Under the pieces are notes generated by a model. It did not search any database. It had not been told where the DNA came from and worked only from the letters and a program-made list of their open reading frames with translations. Below, one piece after another: positions 60,401 to 64,000 of a stretch of DNA of 64,000 nucleotides. The position numbers were made by a program, and so were the translations under genes. The stretch lies in IMG/VR virus record IMGVR_UViG_3300042914_003231, positions 1 through 64,000 of that record. The stretch is one strand, 5' to 3'. This DNA comes from a virus. Lineage: Duplodnaviria > Heunggongvirae > Uroviricota > Caudoviricetes. Each line of letters opens with the position of its first letter. Position 1 is the stretch's first letter.

Positions 60401-62831
60401 TGAGATTGTGGATTATAGTTCTTCTATACGAATCAATAACTTATATAGACAAAGAACTGTTGCCTTAGCTACTATTACTCCGTTTGGATCAGGTATAGGT
60501 TTACCGACAGTAGCTGATAAAACTCGTTATGATTATGCAGGATTGGCTCCTAGCTTCTGGCCTACAGGTATTTTAGGTTCTAATTGGACTCACACAGCAG
60601 AAGCTCTTTGTTCAAAATGGATCGATGGATCTAGCACTGTAGATGGGGCTAACAATGGCCAAGTTGCTTCTTCATGGTATGGTGCTCTTAAAGTAAGAAT
60701 TGACAATCAGTATGGACAATTAAACAATATTGTTCAGGTACCAATCAGTCATTGCTTTACACCAGTGACTATTAATAGAGTAACTAAACAGATTACTAGT
60801 GGATCTTCTACTGGACCATTATTTGGTGGAGACATTTATGTAAACAGATATACTGAGAAGAATACTTTCTTGTTTTTCTATGACTGGCTTTATGGTCAGC
60901 TAGATGGAGCTCAGTTAGATTATCTACAACATCAGATGATTCCTTATCCTAAGTACTGGTGTAACTTCAATCAATTCCAGACTAATGATTTTACTTCTAC
61001 TATCTTCCAAAACTTAATAACTTGGAACTGGCCTTCAGGTACTGTTTTTACTCCAAGTAGTTATTATGCTGTAGACGGTCCAGGTAATGTACCATTAGCA
61101 GGATGGAATATTTTAGCAAACATTGCTAATGCTTTCTTCTTAGATAAAAAAGGCTGGATGTATCTATCTAACTGTGGAGTGAGAGACTTCTTTGTAGAGA
61201 GTGAGATAAACTTAGCTCAACGCGATTATGGTGATATACCTGAGCAAAAATTTTACAATCCATATAATGGAGGAAGTACTAAAGACTTATTCAGCACTGG
61301 TATTATCAAGTCTGGTAATTACTACAAGTATGATCAGTCTTTAAGTATCTCTAAGTTGTTCATCAATTATGCATCTTGGTCTTCTACTCAGTCTCCAAGT
61401 TATGATCCTTATATTGCAGAGACATGTTTTGTGTATCGACCTACAAGAGTAATATATTCTTTACCAGCGCAGTTTGAAGGGCTTAGAGATGGTTGGATGG
61501 TATTTTTACCTAATAACTATTATGACTTTATTAATTTGGTCACATGCATTAAACCCGTGAATAAAAACGGTGCTATGATATTCTTTAATGCTGCTAGTCC
61601 AGTTCAATTCCAAGGATTAGATCAGCTTCAGACAGATCTTGGTACCAAGCTTACTATTGGAGATGGTGGCTTATTCTCACAGCCTTTACAACAAATTATA
61701 AATGTAGATGCTTCTCATGAGTATGCTTCTTGTCAAAATAGAATGAGTGTGATCAATACTCCAGCCGGCTTATATTGGATAAGTCAGAACCAGGGTAAGA
61801 TTTTTAATTATGCAGGAGGTCTTAAAGAGATTTCTAACATTGATCTTAAGTGGTGGTTTGCTCAATACTTACCTTATACTCTTACAAAAGATTTCCCATC
61901 TTTTGAACTAGTAGATAATCCGGTTATGGGTATAGGATGTCAGTCAGTATATGATAATGAAAACAGTTTAGTATATTTCTCTAAGAGAGATTTCAGACTT
62001 AAGCTAGAATATACTCCTGATCAATTTGAGTATTTAGGCGGCTATCAATTCAGATATCTTGTAACAGGTCTTTTAATTGACCTTGGTGACCCTGATTTTT
62101 TTGATGATACATCTTGGACAGCTAGTTTTGATCCTAAAACTAATGCTTGGTTAGGATGGCATGATTGGCATCAAACATTAAATATGCCAGGTAAAAATAC
62201 TTTCATGACTGTAAATCCGATAGACAAAAGAGGTATCTGGATTCATAATGAAAGATGTGATCTTTATTGCAACTACTATGGAGTAGATTATCCTTTTGAA
62301 GTAGAATTCAAAGTTAATACAGGAGGTACTGTAAATACTTTAAGAAGTATTGAGTATATCATGGAAGTGTACAAGTATGCATTAAATTGCTATGATCGAT
62401 TCCATGTATTAGACTTCAACTTCGATGAGGCTATTGTTTATAATACAGAGCAAGTATCTGGATTATTGAGATTGAACCTTAAGCCTAAACAAGATCCAAG
62501 TCAGATCTTGCAATACCCTATTGTCAATCTTACAAACATTGATATTATCTTTTCTAAGGAAGAGAACAAGTATAGATTCAACCAGTTCTGGGATATTACT
62601 GCAGATCGCGGTGAGTACAATCCGGCTGCACAAAGAGTGATTTGGGATACTGCTCCTAATGGTTATGCTGCAGTACTCAATCCATTCAACTTAGATTATG
62701 CTAAACCTCCTATGCAAAGAAAGAAATTCAGACATTATACGGTCACAATCCGTCTGAGAAGAAATGTATCTGGAGATAGAAAGATGTTAGTAATGCTAGC
62801 TGATATTAAAAATCTTTATTCACCAAGATAA
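57462..62831 (+). CDS. giant virion protein, 1789 aa, function unknown
   Basis: Uninterrupted ORF. No coiled-coil tape-measure character; no motif recognised. Confidence 0.7.
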   Translation: MAQEQNTSNNQVRTFDKSLNEDVNDFHLPSNEWTHGRNVINNSVTGDLGKLGNEPANILCVQAPYPIIGFIHIIEDRWAVFSTDGTNSEIGLFIEGNCGTLEPAYYTIVNAPCLKFNIEKLIIGVSRPTSTCTYKLYWDDGINPSRVLEIDIDNPSRNWYTDPNSTLPWVQNCVDSNGPSPGGCIICTNTPVLDCDKIRLALFINPICPRVENGTQGGNLLNGSYMVAMAYAIKGQKISDWYVSNVQSLWTHQNSSGSIDVFIDSIDPDFDEVIVTVISVTNQQTVARQAGVYSTRQTRLGFDIISDTWPAVPIEQLPLMTPIIDKSDAMYNVGDYLIRVGPTSKEDFNYQPLANQIVSKWQSVEYPADYYYKGNNKTGYMRDEVYPFFIVWEYDTGDESAAYHIPGRPAFSSDLTPPAGNVIAGETQTWQVYNTATQTATPGTVLPDGGVVIAEGLMGYWQSTEYYPDKKPQVWNASAHCWSSLNPGSIPGCLEPTPPIPYTGTASGLASFDLCGTPIRHHKFPEDSLTTQTNRFNAGVGNKIRIMGVKFENIRAPRRSDGSLIPGIIGYKIMRGTRNGNKTVIAKGMINNTHEYDIPGAPGTKGYYPNYPFNDLRDDPFLSTTQTSTASILNPALPGGDIKNYNAMPGGFGTGRFSPNLVTFHSPETNFNNPYLATKELRIYQGINGNVKGKFEISEQHPKEKLITDMAFIIASIGGLGVAALATNGNRRVHREYPNYQGFSQEPNYFTKNTYNLNENGSINGTDTSTQAPYPEAGTETGGPLPTPVATANLITPTPIITTLNETTTNNVNGTTDLSVPQKTNIISQPAPTHLPIMSPALVAVFSAFTGYDAVKNSGASLALTIVPGTTDDVAQEAGMNTANTAATSSLTGVSSAQITIENEDGDYQGIPQPFRTISSFPLFLNYYSDGTDSLIRLIRAIIRYKDYVVRYHSHGFYNRTENRPVTFRTALSDQQYIDPEIVDYSSSIRINNLYRQRTVALATITPFGSGIGLPTVADKTRYDYAGLAPSFWPTGILGSNWTHTAEALCSKWIDGSSTVDGANNGQVASSWYGALKVRIDNQYGQLNNIVQVPISHCFTPVTINRVTKQITSGSSTGPLFGGDIYVNRYTEKNTFLFFYDWLYGQLDGAQLDYLQHQMIPYPKYWCNFNQFQTNDFTSTIFQNLITWNWPSGTVFTPSSYYAVDGPGNVPLAGWNILANIANAFFLDKKGWMYLSNCGVRDFFVESEINLAQRDYGDIPEQKFYNPYNGGSTKDLFSTGIIKSGNYYKYDQSLSISKLFINYASWSSTQSPSYDPYIAETCFVYRPTRVIYSLPAQFEGLRDGWMVFLPNNYYDFINLVTCIKPVNKNGAMIFFNAASPVQFQGLDQLQTDLGTKLTIGDGGLFSQPLQQIINVDASHEYASCQNRMSVINTPAGLYWISQNQGKIFNYAGGLKEISNIDLKWWFAQYLPYTLTKDFPSFELVDNPVMGIGCQSVYDNENSLVYFSKRDFRLKLEYTPDQFEYLGGYQFRYLVTGLLIDLGDPDFFDDTSWTASFDPKTNAWLGWHDWHQTLNMPGKNTFMTVNPIDKRGIWIHNERCDLYCNYYGVDYPFEVEFKVNTGGTVNTLRSIEYIMEVYKYALNCYDRFHVLDFNFDEAIVYNTEQVSGLLRLNLKPKQDPSQILQYPIVNLTNIDIIFSKEENKYRFNQFWDITADRGEYNPAAQRVIWDTAPNGYAAVLNPFNLDYAKPPMQRKKFRHYTVTIRLRRNVSGDRKMLVMLADIKNLYSPR

Positions 62832-63370
62832 TGAGTAAGAATGGTCAAGATATAAGACGAGCAATGCAGGATGCAAAGCTTGAGCCTGAAAAGAAAAATC
62901 CTTTCAGAAAGGATGTTATTGTTGATCCTATGGGTCAGTGGAAGTACCCTGGTCAAGTGACTAAGATACCTTCTAACCAGATCACAATGCAAGGAGTTCC
63001 TTATCCGGTCCTTGGAGTGGATGACTTAGGTAACCAACAGATGATGTTTCCTGGTATGGAATATCAGTTTGCCGGTCAGCATGTGACTGAGTATCCTATG
63101 CCTTTTGGCGGCCAGAATTCTAAGACGGGTACCCATTTTGAAGGAGGTGGTTGGCTAGATGAGTTTGAAGAAGAGTTTAAAAGAGGTGGTATGACAAATC
63201 CTTTAATGAGATCTCGAAGTAAAAGAGCTACAACTAAGAAAAATATACAGTCCTCTATAAACAAGATATTCTTAAGAAATAAAGATATATTTGGTCCAGG
63301 AGGAAAAAATGTATATGACCCTAAATCAAAGTACCAAATGGGTGGTGGTTGGCTTGATAATCTCGAGTAA
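62831..63370 (+). CDS. hypothetical protein, 179 aa, with two GGGWLD motifs
   Basis: HFEGGGWLDEFEEEF and YQMGGGWLDNLE. KRGGMTNP resembles KTGGMTNP in 42120..42338. Confidence 0.6.
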   Translation: MSKNGQDIRRAMQDAKLEPEKKNPFRKDVIVDPMGQWKYPGQVTKIPSNQITMQGVPYPVLGVDDLGNQQMMFPGMEYQFAGQHVTEYPMPFGGQNSKTGTHFEGGGWLDEFEEEFKRGGMTNPLMRSRSKRATTKKNIQSSINKIFLRNKDIFGPGGKNVYDPKSKYQMGGGWLDNLE

Positions 63371-63376
63371 TTTTAG

Positions 63377-63384
63377 TATATTTG
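63377..63384 (+). promoter_or_regulatory. -7 box TATATTTG, 4 nt before ATG 63389
   Basis: Matches TAnnTTTG. Confidence 0.45.
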
Positions 63385-63388
63385 TAAT

Positions 63389-64000
63389 ATGACCAAAGAA
63401 GATATCTTAAACGGCATGTCAGAAGATGAGTTCTACCAACTCTATCCGACAAAGGAAGCCTGGGAGCAAGCTACTCAAATGAAGCTTGGAGGCCTGAGTG
63501 GTGCGCCTCATAATGGTCAGCCTACTGCTGATCAATTCTTTAACTATGGCTCACATGCCTTAGATAAGTTCAATATTCCTTTTGGTCATTTTGCTTATGG
63601 CGGTGGTCCTATTTATCCGGCTAAGCTTGGAGGTCTTCCCTGTCATGAATGTGGAGGAATGCACAAAGCTCAGTATGGATTCAACAGTGGAGTGAACTAT
63701 GGTTCATTTACGGTACCTATGCAGGTAGGAGGAGATCCTACATCTGTATGGTTAGCTGGAGAACAAATGGCTCTTCAGAAAAAAACTAAGGCTGCTATTC
63801 CTTCTGATGTAAAACCTACAGGTACAAATCCTTTATACTATAATCCTTTTTTAAAAGGAAGTGATATTGCTAAACCAGATTCAATGCATACAAGTCCTTA
63901 TGATCCTAACATTGCTGCTTATTTTAAAGGTGATAAGGTAATTGCGGGACCGGCTACAGATACTGGTAAAGCTAAGCAAGCTGCGATGAAGCTTAATAAA
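63389..64000 (+). CDS. hypothetical Gly-rich protein, partial (runs off the window)
   Basis: Manual translation: MTKEDILNGMSEDEFYQLYPTKEAWEQATQMKLGGLSGAPHNGQ... Open to the last base; absent from the track because it is incomplete. Confidence 0.6.
   Translation, partial: MTKEDILNGMSEDEFYQLYPTKEAWEQATQMKLGGLSGAPHNGQPTADQFFNYGSHALDKFNIPFGHFAYGGGPIYPAKLGGLPCHECGGMHKAQYGFNSGVNYGSFTVPMQVGGDPTSVWLAGEQMALQKKTKAAIPSDVKPTGTNPLYYNPFLKGSDIAKPDSMHTSPYDPNIAAYFKGDKVIAGPATDTGKAKQAAMKLNK

Overview
This is an AT-rich segment of a large tailed phage (Caudoviricetes). The host is most likely a member of Bacteroidota: promoters look like TTTG-N20-TAnnTTTG, there are no Shine-Dalgarno sequences, and leaders are A/C-rich. 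No rRNA, CRISPR array, integrase or transposase was seen.

Layout:
- 1-13.6 kb: about 25 leftward (minus-strand) early or accessory genes. They include PcfJ-like, SPFH/prohibitin-like and HD-hydrolase proteins and many small membrane proteins. They are interrupted by unusually long, ORF-free, GC-enriched, hairpin-dense spacers and by a block of about 76-bp tandem modules.
- 13.6-14.1 kb: a divergent control region.
- 14.9-18.65 kb: a rightward tRNA array with 24 intact tRNAs covering all 20 amino acids, one truncated tRNA-Trp copy, a free-standing HNH gene, two small ORFs wedged flush between tRNAs, and two structured non-tRNA spacers.
- 18.7-24.9 kb: tail-fibre cassettes with paralogous N-termini.
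- 24.9-27.2 kb: lysis cassette (holin, M15 peptidase, spanin-like ORFs).
- 27.3-31.4 kb: small DNA-associated genes, including a PD-(D/E)XK nuclease.
- 31.4-46.1 kb: large terminase, GIY-YIG homing endonuclease, portal, scaffold, major capsid protein, six tiny lysine-rich proteins, a Dps-like protein and an abundant structural protein.
- 46.2-55 kb: a second HNH gene, then a block of extremely cysteine-rich virion proteins. One is a 1414-aa repeat protein with a PA14-like domain.
- 55-64 kb: further large structural proteins, including one of 1789 aa.

Stand-out observation: the tRNA array is split into two blocks. Each block is preceded by the same three-part element: a Bacteroidota-type promoter, a short ORF and an intrinsic terminator. 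The amino-acid and codon content of each short ORF mirrors exactly the set of tRNAs in the block it precedes. Leader 1 uses F, L, S, C, W and Y for 8 tRNAs; leader 2 uses the other 14 amino acids for 16 tRNAs. I interpret these as candidate ribosome-mediated, tRNA-sensing attenuators that control phage tRNA expression. To my knowledge no such arrangement has been described.
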